A stretch of 64,000 nucleotides of DNA, taken from Candidatus Ozemobacteraceae bacterium (GTDB lineage Bacteria; Muiribacteriota; Ozemobacteria; Ozemobacterales; Ozemobacteraceae). Positions 19,582-29,657 of this stretch are shown in pieces. Both the position numbers and the translations under genes were made by a program. The notes beneath the pieces were generated by a model, which ran no database searches, was not told the DNA's origin, and saw only the letters and a list, made by a program, of their open reading frames with translations. The stretch is from NCBI GenBank assembly GCA_965140445.1, contig OZ223236.1:4896001-4960000 (forward strand). Reading direction: 5' to 3'. Position 1 is the first letter of the stretch, and each line of letters opens with the position of its first letter.

Positions 19582-20340
19582 ATGATAAAAAACATTGTAA
19601 CTCTCATTTTCTCGGTCATCACAGCTTTATTCTTTACAGCTTTCGTTAGTAATTAAGCGTTTGCGTCTGATGTAAAAGTTTTTCCAGGACAATTTTCAGG
19701 AAACTATGGCTCAGGGCAAACGATTCAGCTTGAGGTTAGAAAAGCTGGAAAATACGAACTTAAAATATTTAACCCCGACCGAAAAATTGGAAAAAACAAT
19801 ATTGTTACAGGTAAACATTTCAAGGACGAGGTTAAAATTGGCATTTTAAATAGCGAGAAAAAGAAAATTGCCACTAACTATTTTGACGGCAACGGAAAAC
19901 TTGATATAAAAGCCTTCTACATGGAAAAAATGCGATTTAGCATCCCTGCAACCGGCACGTATTATCTTGAATTAGTTCCACTATCAGAGAAAGCAAACAA
20001 CAGGAATTTTTTTATCAAAGCCAGATGCACTGGTTCATTAGATCTGAAAATCATGGGTTACGACCTGGAACAGTTCTTATCCCTAATTGGCATAATTGTA
20101 ATTCTAAGCTTTCTTTACGGCTATTATCGGCTGTTTAAGGTTTCGGTAGTTCATTCAAGCCCCGAACAAAAAGCGGTTCTAAGAGCTGCAGGATATAATG
20201 TTCCGGAGGATGCGGAACCTGGTAATAATTCAAACGAGCAATCTTCAGAGAAAGAAAAGGAGCTATTCTGTGCTGAATGCGGCGCTTCAAGAGAAAACGA
20301 AGCCGACTTTTGCGGAAAATGCGGAAACAAATTCTCTTGA
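19582..20340 (+). pseudogene. Signal-peptide/TM protein with C-terminal zinc ribbon, interrupted by an in-frame TAA
   Basis: ATG 19582 gives MIKNIVTLIFSVITALFFTAFVSN*AFASDVKVF..., in frame with ORF 19921-20340. Single TAA at 19654-19656. C-terminal CAEC/CGKC. Confidence 0.7.
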
Positions 20341-20360
20341 TTTTTTCTACAAAGTAACGC

Positions 20361-21134
20361 TCAAACTGGTTTAAATGTAATTATCCTACAAAAATACAAT
20401 ACCACCATAAAAATTGCCGATGCGGCAATTAATAAGAAAAAAAAGACTGATATTCTTTTTAAATGCCTTGATAGAAATGTGTTCCCCTTAATAGGAACAG
20501 TTCTAACTACAAATTGGTCATTTATGATTTGAGCAACAACAGTTTTCTCCTGGGAAGACTCTGCCATTGGAATACTTGTAACTTTGGACAAAGATTTTGC
20601 TATAGCTAAGGCAGAGTGATAAGAGCTCTTTCTGTTTGAAAAACTTACCTGATTACCCGAGTTTAAAATCAACGAAACAAAATATTCAGGCCTTAAATCC
20701 CTATCGCCAGAGATATTTTCCATATCAGCTGCCACACCAATGGAATTTACCTCTTCAAATTTGGCCAGAACTTTTTCGCTAGAATTGTCCATAAATTTGT
20801 TCCGTTCCAGGAAATGGCCCGCCTTCAAATCCACAAAAAAATATGAGCTTGAATAATTCCAATAATAAAACAAAACCATTGAAATGCATGCAAAAATCAC
20901 AGAAGCAAAAAACAGCTCTGGCTCCATCCCTTGATCCTGCCCAAAAAAGCACATTAAAGAAGTAACTGCAGAGACAATACCTCCCATGAAATAAGCAGAT
21001 TCCTGGATAGACTCATGATCAACCTTAACCCCGTCTTTACTCTTTTTAACCTCATTAGAAGCATAAACTTTTTGAGGTGGCTTACGACGCTTGCGCTTTT
21101 TTTTCTGCTGCTGCACCGGTTTAGTTTTTTTCAT
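20361..21134 (-). CDS. Hypothetical 3-TM membrane protein (paralog B)
   Basis: Basic N-terminus, 2 TM, soluble domain, C-terminal TM. Similar to the adjacent gene. Confidence 0.75.
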   Translation of the reverse strand: MKKTKPVQQQKKKRKRRKPPQKVYASNEVKKSKDGVKVDHESIQESAYFMGGIVSAVTSLMCFFGQDQGMEPELFFASVIFACISMVLFYYWNYSSSYFFVDLKAGHFLERNKFMDNSSEKVLAKFEEVNSIGVAADMENISGDRDLRPEYFVSLILNSGNQVSFSNRKSSYHSALAIAKSLSKVTSIPMAESSQEKTVVAQIINDQFVVRTVPIKGNTFLSRHLKRISVFFFLLIAASAIFMVVLYFCRIITFKPV

Positions 21135-21145
21135 TATTTAAAGCC

Positions 21146-21910
21146 CTACCAATAATACATGCCACCATATGTCAGGAATTTGCTAATAAAAATAACAGCA
21201 ACAAAAACAGTTATATATACAGTAATAGCGAGAAAATTTAACAGAAATCTTGAACTAACATCAGCAGAAAATTTTGAGGGGTCTAATTTAACACCTTTTA
21301 AGCCTATACGATCATTAGATTTTTCTACAATGATCTCAGTGTCAGGGTCAGATTCTTCTAAGGGAATACTGGTTCTTTCTGAAATCTCTGCTGCACGCTG
21401 CAAAGCTTTATAATAGTTCTTTTCTCTTCCTGCAAACTCTATAAGCTTTCCAGATTTAAGAATTAAAACAACAAAATAATCTGGAGACGGAACCCTTCTT
21501 TGATTAATGGAAAGCGGCAAAGCTGAATTTACAGATATGGCTTCAACATCATCAAAATTGGCTAACCTTCCGTGGCTAACCCGCCCTTTATATTTCTGAA
21601 ATGATGAAAAAATCCTGACCCCCAAATCTACCTGGTGCCATGAATTTGAGTAATGACTTTTATAAGCGTAAAACGCCCCGATCACAGAATAGATAATTGC
21701 AGCAACATCCAGATGTTGATCGCGAGCATCCATTTTTCCGTAATAACAGATTATCGCGCTTACAAATGAACCAATAGCAAAAACCACGTATAAATAATCT
21801 AGATCACTGCGAAAAGGGTATTTTAGAATTTCCCCACTTTCTTCATAGTCATAAAAATCATTCTCTTCAATTATTGATTTTTTTCTTCTCTTTTTTGAGC
21901 TTTTACCCAT
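21146..21910 (-). CDS. Hypothetical 3-TM membrane protein (paralog A)
   Basis: Same layout as the neighbour. Likely start MGKSSKK at 21910. Confidence 0.75.
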   Translation of the reverse strand: MGKSSKKRRKKSIIEENDFYDYEESGEILKYPFRSDLDYLYVVFAIGSFVSAIICYYGKMDARDQHLDVAAIIYSVIGAFYAYKSHYSNSWHQVDLGVRIFSSFQKYKGRVSHGRLANFDDVEAISVNSALPLSINQRRVPSPDYFVVLILKSGKLIEFAGREKNYYKALQRAAEISERTSIPLEESDPDTEIIVEKSNDRIGLKGVKLDPSKFSADVSSRFLLNFLAITVYITVFVAVIFISKFLTYGGMYYW

Positions 21911-21958
21911 AGTTACACCTGGCAATAATTTTAAACTTCACAAACAAAGAATAATGAT

Positions 21959-23482
21959 TTACTTTCGATCAGTCAAAAGCACATTTCGTTTCTGCAAAAG
22001 AAGCCCACAGGCACGAAGTAACTCCGTGTATGCCTGCTGATGCTGTACAGCAGCGCTAACCTCAGCAATCATTGCTGCTGTCAAATCGCGCTGCGCTTGC
22101 GCAACCTGGAAAGAAGTGGTCTTTCCAACGTTAAACTTAACTTCTTCAACACGTAATTTTTCCTGCTGTTTTTGGGAAGTAGCTTTCGTGGCCTTTATCT
22201 GCTGCAAAGTTCTTTTAACTTCGATGTATGCGCTGAGAACTTCCTGCTTGATAATCTGTTCCAGATTCTTCATCGCTTCGCGGCGCAATTTTACGTTTAG
22301 TTTTGATCGCTGATGCAAAGCTCTGGCTTCTCTTCGACCTCTTGTTAATTCGTAGACAAAACCTGCTGAAACATCGTATGATCCTTTTTCTCCAGGCTTG
22401 GGGTTAGTACCAGAAAAGCTTGTGGAATAACCAGTTTTTCCCATGTTAACGAAAAAATCCAGTTGCGGAAGCAGTCCGTTTTTTGTGCTTACCAATTCAA
22501 GCCTATCTCTCTGGATCATCAAATCTGCCTGAGCAATTTCAGGTCTTTCAACAAGTGCTGATTGAATCAACTTATCCAGACCATCATCCTGTGTTTCAAC
22601 AGCAAACAATTCTTCCGAAATTACTGGTTTTGTTTTCCAGAAATTTTCTGTATCAGGATTAATCAATCTGAGAAACGCTATAGCCGCGATTGAAGATCTG
22701 CTTTCAGCATTAATTAAATCTTCTTTTCGGAGCATAACCTCGGCTTCAGCTGCTGCAGATTCAGATTCCGGGATGCTGCCAGCATCAATTCTTCTACTGG
22801 TTTCCTCTCGCTGTTGCTCAGCCAAAGCGACTGATTCCTGCATAATAGCGAGCTGGCGGGTACTCAGATAATAGTCCCAATATCTTTTTTCAATTTCTGC
22901 GATCAAATTCAGAACAAATCCTTGAAGTTCATATCTTGACCATTTCAGGTCAAGCTCTGCTTTTCGCAAAGAAACAAGATTTACATCTTTTCCTGCTCCT
23001 CGCTTTAAAGGCTGTTCAAGACTAACTCCAAATCTTGTCGAAAAAAGATTATCTGATTTTGCAGATCTTGTTCTAACAGTTGTTAAACCTACAGTTGTCT
23101 TAGTCCCGGACGGGCTCAATCTGGTTAAAGTAACTCCAGCATCTGTTCTATTTGTGATGGTGTCACCCAGGTTTCCCTGTTGGAAAATTACCTTAGCAAT
23201 TCTTTCAGTCCCGGAAAACTCTGCGGCAATAGTTGAATCAAAAGCAGCTCTTTCTTCTTCTGTGTATGTATCGCGGATTAATGGGTTATATTTTTCCACT
23301 TTTAAAGCAATATTCTCTGACAGTGCCATATCTATTGATTTTTGAAGGTCAATTTCAAGAGTTTGGGAACAGGAAGCAAAAATATTCAAACTACTTAACT
23401 CAACCGTTGCGGATGCCTGCGCATTACAGCGGCAGCTAAAGACAGAGACCAATATAGCTAATATAAGTATTTTTTTATTCAT
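21959..23482 (-). CDS. TolC-family outer membrane efflux protein
   Basis: Signal peptide from MNKKIL (23482), OEP repeats (IEKRYWDY, FNVGKTTSFQVAQAQRDL), downstream of an RND gene. Confidence 0.9.
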   Translation of the reverse strand: MNKKILILAILVSVFSCRCNAQASATVELSSLNIFASCSQTLEIDLQKSIDMALSENIALKVEKYNPLIRDTYTEEERAAFDSTIAAEFSGTERIAKVIFQQGNLGDTITNRTDAGVTLTRLSPSGTKTTVGLTTVRTRSAKSDNLFSTRFGVSLEQPLKRGAGKDVNLVSLRKAELDLKWSRYELQGFVLNLIAEIEKRYWDYYLSTRQLAIMQESVALAEQQREETSRRIDAGSIPESESAAAEAEVMLRKEDLINAESRSSIAAIAFLRLINPDTENFWKTKPVISEELFAVETQDDGLDKLIQSALVERPEIAQADLMIQRDRLELVSTKNGLLPQLDFFVNMGKTGYSTSFSGTNPKPGEKGSYDVSAGFVYELTRGRREARALHQRSKLNVKLRREAMKNLEQIIKQEVLSAYIEVKRTLQQIKATKATSQKQQEKLRVEEVKFNVGKTTSFQVAQAQRDLTAAMIAEVSAAVQHQQAYTELLRACGLLLQKRNVLLTDRK

Positions 23483-26400
23483 CGCCGCTTTCCTCGCCTT
23501 TTCTGTATTTTCCAAAAGCCTGCTCAAACTCAACATAGATCATAGGTATTATCACGAGAGAAATAAACGTAGAACAGGCTAATCCACCAATTACAGCTCG
23601 TGCCATAGGAGCCTGAACTTCTCCACCTTCTCCAATTCCAAGAGCAAGTGGAAGTAATCCCAACACTGTTGTCATTGCGGTCATCAAGATTGGACGACAC
23701 CTATCTCTGGCCGCCATCGACACAGCATCAATCAAACTCATATCTCCTTCACGACGCAAATCATTTATGTGATCAACGAGTAAAATTGAGTTATTTACAA
23801 CAATACCCCCCAGCATGATACAACCAATAAATGATTGAACATTCAGGGTGGTTCCAGTCAGGAGCAAAGTTGGAATAACCCCAACAATAGACAAAGGCAC
23901 AGTTATCATAACAATGACCGGATCATAAAGAGATTCATACTGAATTGCCATAACCATGTAAACCAACAGTAATGCCAGAACAAAGCTGAATAGCAACTCT
24001 TTAAAAGACTTTTGCTGTTCTTCATAGTCTCCGGCCATAACTATACTGAAGTTTGCCGGCAACGGAATTTCACGAAGTTTCTGCTGCACTTCATCAATAA
24101 CAAAACCCAAAGCTCGGCCATCAACGTTTGCTGAAATATTTAAGGTTCTTTCCTGATCCGTGCGCTCAACAACTGTAGGACCAATATCTTTTTCGATATG
24201 AGCTACATTTCTGAGCATTACAGGATCACCAGATGAATTTGTAATGTGCAGATTAAGAATATCCTCAAGAGAGCTATATTCAGCATCTTTAGCCTTAACC
24301 AGAATTTTATATTCGTCACCGCCGTCACGTAGATAACCTGCGGTTGATCCCGACAGCACAGTCTCAAGGAAACCAGCAATCTTGCTTACAGAAAGTTTCT
24401 GATCAGCGGCTCTTAATCGGTCGATAACAACTATTCTCTCAGGAACCCCTTCTTTTCTTCCAAGCTGCACATCAGTTACTCCATCAACATTCAGGAGCAA
24501 GCTTTCTACAGCCTTTCCTAGAGCGTCTGAAGTAGCAAGGTCATGCCCACGAATCTGAATTTGTAATTTATCAGCATCACCAGAACCCATTCGTAAAATA
24601 AACAAACCCTGGCCAGCTCTAACACGAACTTTCACCCCTGGCAGTCCTTCAAGTTTTTTCCTGAGAACAGCTGCAATCTCGTCACTGGATCTGGTTCGTT
24701 CAGAATTTGGCACCAATGGAATCCTGATCTGGCCAGAAGTGGCAGAGCTTGATCCCCAGCCACCACCAACGTTAGTAAAGATTGTTGTTCTTTCAGGAAC
24801 ATTGGCTTCAACGATTTTTTCTGCTGCAATGAAGATCTTTTCAGTTATTCCAATTCTTGTGCCTTCTTCCAGCTCGATTGAAACTCTGACCTCTCCCTCA
24901 TCAGCGGTGGGCATCAATTCTGTCCCTACTTTGCTTACAAGACTTACACATGCAGTAACAAGCATTGCCACGATAAACGCGGTAACTTTTCTGTTTTCAA
25001 GGACTAGATGTAAGACAAATTTATGAAGATTAAGCACCTGACCAATCATTGAGTCAGAAATGCGTCTGAAAAATCCAGGTTTCTTAGAAGAATTGTATCT
25101 AAGAAATTGTGATGAAAGCATAGGAACCAGAGTTAAAGAAACCGCCAGAGAACAAAACAATGAGAAGGCAACAATATAGGCCAACTGCTTAAACATGAGA
25201 CCAGTCATTCCCTGAACAAAAATCAGAGGCAGAAAAATAACGACCGTGGTAAGAGTACTGGCGAGAACCGGCATGGCAACTTCGGAACTTCCCTTAACAG
25301 CCGCATCAAACATACTCATTTTTTTCTCTCTGTATCTGAAAATATTTTCCAGAACTACAATAGAGTTATCAACAAGCATACCAATACCTAAAGCTACACC
25401 GCCTAGAGACATGATGTTAAGCGTAAAGTTGAAATAGTACATCAAAGCAAAAGTCGCCACAATTGAGATCGGAATAGCAATCGCAATAATGGACGTACTG
25501 GCGATATTACCAAGAAAGAGTTGCAGGATTATTATCGCAAGCAAACCACCATAGAAAGCCGATGTACTAACGTTTTTGATCGAACGTTCAATATATATGG
25601 AGGTATCAACAATTGGTGAGAGGCTCAGCTGAGGGATGTCCAGGTTGATCTTTTCAATTTCAGCCTTAACCGCCTTTGCGACTTCAACTGTATTGCTACC
25701 CGATTGCTTATTAATCATTACGCGCACACCAGGCTTGCCATCGATACGGATTATACTACGATCCTTTTCCCAGTTGTCCACAACATCAGCTACGTCAGAA
25801 AGGCGAATCTGCTTTCCAGCTTCTTCGCCCACAACAATGGTTTTTATCTGCTCAACGTCTTCAAATTCGCCAGGAGTACGAAGTCGGAATTCATAGTTTC
25901 CAGATTCAATAGTTCCCGCCGGAAGGTTAACATTCGCCGATTTCAGCCTTGCAATTATCTGTTCTGGCGCGATATTAAGCGCTTTAAGCTTTTTAACATT
26001 CAGGTCAACATGAATTTCGCGCTTGCTTCCGCCTCTAACATCTAATGAAGCAACTCCTGGAATTCTTTCTATTCTGTATTTAACCTGATTTTCGATAATA
26101 TTAAGGAGTTGAACCGGATCTAAATCGCCAGCAGCGCCAAGAATTAGAATTGGAAAAGCGGCTGCATCAAATTTGCGAAGCATGGGTCTTTCCATATCAT
26201 CCGGCAAGCGAGCACTTATGCGGTCAATTCGATCTCTAATGTCATTTGATGCGGCATCAAGATCTGTTCCCCAGGCAAAGGAAACCCTGACTCTGCTGCT
26301 CCCTTCCGTAGAATTTGAAGTGATTTCTTCAACTCCAGGAACAGCTGAAATAGCCTGCTCAATAGGTCTTGTGATTAACGTTTCAACCTCAATTGGACTT

Positions 26401-26561
26401 GCGTTTGAATAGGAGGCGGAAATTGTAATTCGTGGATATGTAATATCAGGCATAAGATCAATTGGCAGGTGGAATAAGGAAACCACCCCAAAGATCAAAA
26501 CAATGCACATGATCATTGTTATGCCGATAGGTCGTTTAACTGAATATTCGGCGAGTATCAT
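23475..26561 (-). CDS. RND efflux permease (AcrB/MdtB family)
   Basis: 1028 aa with SVKRPI, LPIDLMPDI, GMLVDNSIVVLENI, RCRPILMT. Confidence 0.95.
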   Translation of the reverse strand: MILAEYSVKRPIGITMIMCIVLIFGVVSLFHLPIDLMPDITYPRITISASYSNASPIEVETLITRPIEQAISAVPGVEEITSNSTEGSSRVRVSFAWGTDLDAASNDIRDRIDRISARLPDDMERPMLRKFDAAAFPILILGAAGDLDPVQLLNIIENQVKYRIERIPGVASLDVRGGSKREIHVDLNVKKLKALNIAPEQIIARLKSANVNLPAGTIESGNYEFRLRTPGEFEDVEQIKTIVVGEEAGKQIRLSDVADVVDNWEKDRSIIRIDGKPGVRVMINKQSGSNTVEVAKAVKAEIEKINLDIPQLSLSPIVDTSIYIERSIKNVSTSAFYGGLLAIIILQLFLGNIASTSIIAIAIPISIVATFALMYYFNFTLNIMSLGGVALGIGMLVDNSIVVLENIFRYREKKMSMFDAAVKGSSEVAMPVLASTLTTVVIFLPLIFVQGMTGLMFKQLAYIVAFSLFCSLAVSLTLVPMLSSQFLRYNSSKKPGFFRRISDSMIGQVLNLHKFVLHLVLENRKVTAFIVAMLVTACVSLVSKVGTELMPTADEGEVRVSIELEEGTRIGITEKIFIAAEKIVEANVPERTTIFTNVGGGWGSSSATSGQIRIPLVPNSERTRSSDEIAAVLRKKLEGLPGVKVRVRAGQGLFILRMGSGDADKLQIQIRGHDLATSDALGKAVESLLLNVDGVTDVQLGRKEGVPERIVVIDRLRAADQKLSVSKIAGFLETVLSGSTAGYLRDGGDEYKILVKAKDAEYSSLEDILNLHITNSSGDPVMLRNVAHIEKDIGPTVVERTDQERTLNISANVDGRALGFVIDEVQQKLREIPLPANFSIVMAGDYEEQQKSFKELLFSFVLALLLVYMVMAIQYESLYDPVIVMITVPLSIVGVIPTLLLTGTTLNVQSFIGCIMLGGIVVNNSILLVDHINDLRREGDMSLIDAVSMAARDRCRPILMTAMTTVLGLLPLALGIGEGGEVQAPMARAVIGGLACSTFISLVIIPMIYVEFEQAFGKYRKGEESGDE

Positions 26562-26563
26562 TG

Positions 26564-27775
26564 CTATTTACCGGCCTTTCCAGAATTGTGTTGTCCGTTA
26601 GTAGAATTTTCTTCCAGATTCGCAACCTTTAGAGCAGCCCCATCTTCCAGTAGATGGTGTCCAAGAGTTACAACTTCTCCTGATATGGTTGGGGAGGCAA
26701 TCTCAACATTTTCTGCATCAGAGAACCCCATTTTTACAGGAACAAAACTCGCAGTCATATTTGCCGGGTTAACAACAAAAATCCCATTTTTATTCTGCCT
26801 TCTGACAATTGACGAAGCAGGAACAATAGTCACAGAATTATGCACTTCAAAAATAATCTTAGCGGTTACAAACATCCCGGGTTTTAAATCAAATTCGGAA
26901 TTAGAAATCTCCAACTCTACTCTTGCAAGCCTTGAAGTGCTATCTAATGAAGGAGCGATTCTGGTAACTTTAGCTGAAAATAGACAATCGGGAATCGCTG
27001 CCGCTTCTACAACGGCAGTTTGACCAACCTTAATCTTGAAATACTCTTTTTCAACAACATCCAAAACCGCCGTTAGAGTTGCAATATCAATTACGGTCAA
27101 AATTGGATTGTTTGGACCAGTTGTAGCCCCTTCATCCAGGAAACGTTCGGAAACAAAACGTTGATTAGAACCGCCAGACCATGAAACATCAACTTTTGCG
27201 TAGGACAACTTAACTTTTGTGGTATCAAGAGCGGCCTGCTTATTGCTCAATTGTGCTTTGCTGACTTGATGTTTTGCCAGGCTGGTTTTAAATGCCGCCT
27301 GTGCTTTCTCCAGATCTACATCTGATGAAACCTTCTGCTTACGCATTGTCTCAGTTCTTTGCAATTCCTTTTTAGCAATTTCAAGAAGTCCAGCGGTCTC
27401 GTTATAATTTGCTTTAACGATCTCAAGCTCGGCTTCTGCCTGCTTTGAAGCCAATACAAGCTCTTCATCGTCTAACTCCGCTACAATCTGGCCATTAGAG
27501 ATCTTGTCGCCAATATCTACCATAAGCTTTCTAATACGCCCTGAAATTCTAGGAACAACTGAAAACTTGGAGCTAGCCAGCAAAGTCCCTGAAAATAACC
27601 CTTGGTCAATTAATTTATCTTTAATAATTTTTTTGACCTCAACAGCAACGGCAGCCTTTTTCCCTCTGGCTTTTCCGCCTTTTTTTCCTTGCTTATCAGG
27701 GTTTTCTTTAAAAAAGCTAAAAACACCTAAAACTATTACTACACCTGCTACTACTGCGAATATTAACTTTTTCAT
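26564..27775 (-). CDS. RND periplasmic adaptor (membrane fusion protein)
   Basis: N-terminal TM, lipoyl-like PRISGRIRKLMVDIGD, LKPGMFV. Confidence 0.93.
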   Translation of the reverse strand: MKKLIFAVVAGVVIVLGVFSFFKENPDKQGKKGGKARGKKAAVAVEVKKIIKDKLIDQGLFSGTLLASSKFSVVPRISGRIRKLMVDIGDKISNGQIVAELDDEELVLASKQAEAELEIVKANYNETAGLLEIAKKELQRTETMRKQKVSSDVDLEKAQAAFKTSLAKHQVSKAQLSNKQAALDTTKVKLSYAKVDVSWSGGSNQRFVSERFLDEGATTGPNNPILTVIDIATLTAVLDVVEKEYFKIKVGQTAVVEAAAIPDCLFSAKVTRIAPSLDSTSRLARVELEISNSEFDLKPGMFVTAKIIFEVHNSVTIVPASSIVRRQNKNGIFVVNPANMTASFVPVKMGFSDAENVEIASPTISGEVVTLGHHLLEDGAALKVANLEENSTNGQHNSGKAGK

Positions 27776-28237
27776 TTAACTCTCCTGTATATCCCGGGGT
27801 AGTTCCCCATCTCTAACTTGCGACAGTGCCTGAGTAGCCATTTGCTGGAGGCGTTCGCTAATCTCATCTCTCATTTCATCAGAAATTCCGACAAAAAGCT
27901 TTTTATGCCAATCTTCGAGCATAGCCCGTATTTTCAATCTCATTCTGGCACCAGTTTTAGTAATAAAAACATGATTTTTTCGATGATCCGTTTCGGAAAC
28001 TTCCCGACGAATGTAACCAGCCTTTTCAAGCCTTTTTATGGCTCTTGCAGTGGTGCCTTTGTCAAAGCACAAAGATTTTGAAATTTCATCCTGGGTCTGC
28101 CCACTACACCGGCCTATATACAATAAAAAAGGATACTGCCCGGCTCCTATGCCGGTACCAGCTAACTCATTATTGATAAACATTTGAGTAGAACGATAAA
28201 TAAGCGCGACCCACTTGCCTGGTAAAAATTTTTGCAT
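27776..28237 (-). CDS. MarR-family transcriptional regulator
   Basis: TQDEISKSLCFDKGTTARAIKRLEKAGYIRR...DHR winged HTH. Confidence 0.93.
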   Translation of the reverse strand: MQKFLPGKWVALIYRSTQMFINNELAGTGIGAGQYPFLLYIGRCSGQTQDEISKSLCFDKGTTARAIKRLEKAGYIRREVSETDHRKNHVFITKTGARMRLKIRAMLEDWHKKLFVGISDEMRDEISERLQQMATQALSQVRDGELPRDIQES

Positions 28238-28275
28238 TCGAATGCCCTTTTCATTGGAACGATAGTGCTCTCTAC

Positions 28276-28297
28276 ATTAGTTGCATATGCAACTAAT
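28276..28297. promoter_or_regulatory. Probable MarR operator
   Basis: Perfect 22-bp palindrome ATTAGTTGCATATGCAACTAAT about 40 bp upstream of the marR start. Confidence 0.75.
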
Positions 28298-28420
28298 TTT
28301 CCAATGGATTATAGCAGGCATTCATAAAAAAAAATAGCCAGAAACAAGATAATTTTGCTCCAGCCGATTAATGCCAAATTTTTGCAACAAATTCTAATAG
28401 CTATCTTTTCATGCAATCTG

Positions 28421-29611
28421 CTACTTACTTATTGTTCTTACACACCTGACATAATTGAATACGTAGCGTACATCTCCTTGAGGCCCAAAATACTGGGGGT
28501 AGCTGCTTCTATTTCCAGACTTGGGATCACTTCTTTGTGCTCCGGCGCCATGAACATCCATTAGTCGACGATGCATTCTTCCCTGAGCAGAGCCAAAAGC
28601 AATGTATGCAGCTGAATCAAAAGGATTTCTTCCGTCTAAATGTGTCGTTCCAGTCCAAAAATAAGGAAACTCATTGTTGCCATCTGGATCCTTTATTAAG
28701 GAAACATTAAAAATTGGATCAATTGCGGCAGAATTAGTTGTCTGTGGCGACCGTGAATAATCAACAATGCTTTGCAACTCTTTTGCATTTGGAAGGCGCC
28801 AATCGCTGTATCCAGCCAGCTCAAGATTTTCAGCATAGTTGAGTGCTTTCTGCCACGACTTTCCACTGCAACTATCTGATTTTTGCCACATTAAGCCAGT
28901 TGCAAGATCAGAAATTGTTCCATCATTATTATCTTTAAAATTGTTTAACCCGTATTTTGGATTGCCCCGAACAAATCTAAAATACATTTTATTGGGACGG
29001 CGAGTCCTGGGATTGTATTTTGGATAACCTTTAATTCTGCCATCAACAAAATTGACTCCAAAAATAGTTTCATCATTTCGCATTGTCCTGCCTACATACT
29101 CAGTTGAACTCCATGTCTGAGCATCTATTTCTCTTTCACCTGCATTAGAGTTGCCAATTGGCTGTGTGAAGAATTTTGTATCAATAAATAAAGCGATAGA
29201 TTTCTGCCCTCTCACTTTTCCACTGAACTGAATAAGTGAATACAATTCTTTAATACCAGGAATTCGCCAATCACTGAAACCACCTGTTTTATCCGTCTTA
29301 ACTTTTTGAATAGCTTCAAAAAAACTCATCTTGGGGCCCATTGCTTTTTGCCACATTAATCCAGTCACATTATCAGAGATGGTGCCATCCAGATTATCTC
29401 GATATGAAGGTTGATTACCATTGTAACTTGCATCCTGCCCAAAGAATGGCTGACCCGGCTGAGGTTTTTGAATTATTGAATCATTACTATAAAACAGGGA
29501 AACACCGGTATCTACAATGGGATAGCTTTCTTTTGTCTGAGCGCTTAGCGTCCACGGGAAGAAACATACAACAAGTAAAATGATCCAATCAAAAGCAGTC
29601 CATTTTTTCAT
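28421..29611 (-). CDS. Secreted protein with two DUF1566 (Lcl-type) domains
   Basis: Twice-repeated DN-DGTISD..TGLMWQK...GFSDWRIP/GYSDWRLP..KEL motif, terminal YVRCVR, signal peptide. Confidence 0.88.
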   Translation of the reverse strand: MKKWTAFDWIILLVVCFFPWTLSAQTKESYPIVDTGVSLFYSNDSIIQKPQPGQPFFGQDASYNGNQPSYRDNLDGTISDNVTGLMWQKAMGPKMSFFEAIQKVKTDKTGGFSDWRIPGIKELYSLIQFSGKVRGQKSIALFIDTKFFTQPIGNSNAGEREIDAQTWSSTEYVGRTMRNDETIFGVNFVDGRIKGYPKYNPRTRRPNKMYFRFVRGNPKYGLNNFKDNNDGTISDLATGLMWQKSDSCSGKSWQKALNYAENLELAGYSDWRLPNAKELQSIVDYSRSPQTTNSAAIDPIFNVSLIKDPDGNNEFPYFWTGTTHLDGRNPFDSAAYIAFGSAQGRMHRRLMDVHGAGAQRSDPKSGNRSSYPQYFGPQGDVRYVFNYVRCVRTISK

Positions 29612-29657
29612 TTGAATCTCCAAAAAACAAAAAATTGAGTTTTCTTAATCCATTTAT

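Noticed and set aside
9254..19656. TAA reassignment or programmed readthrough, suggested by two in-frame TAA codons (9254, 19654)
   Set aside because: Many conserved genes here end in TAA at the expected C-terminus (RND, MacB permease, GT4, OMP). Point mutation or error is simpler.
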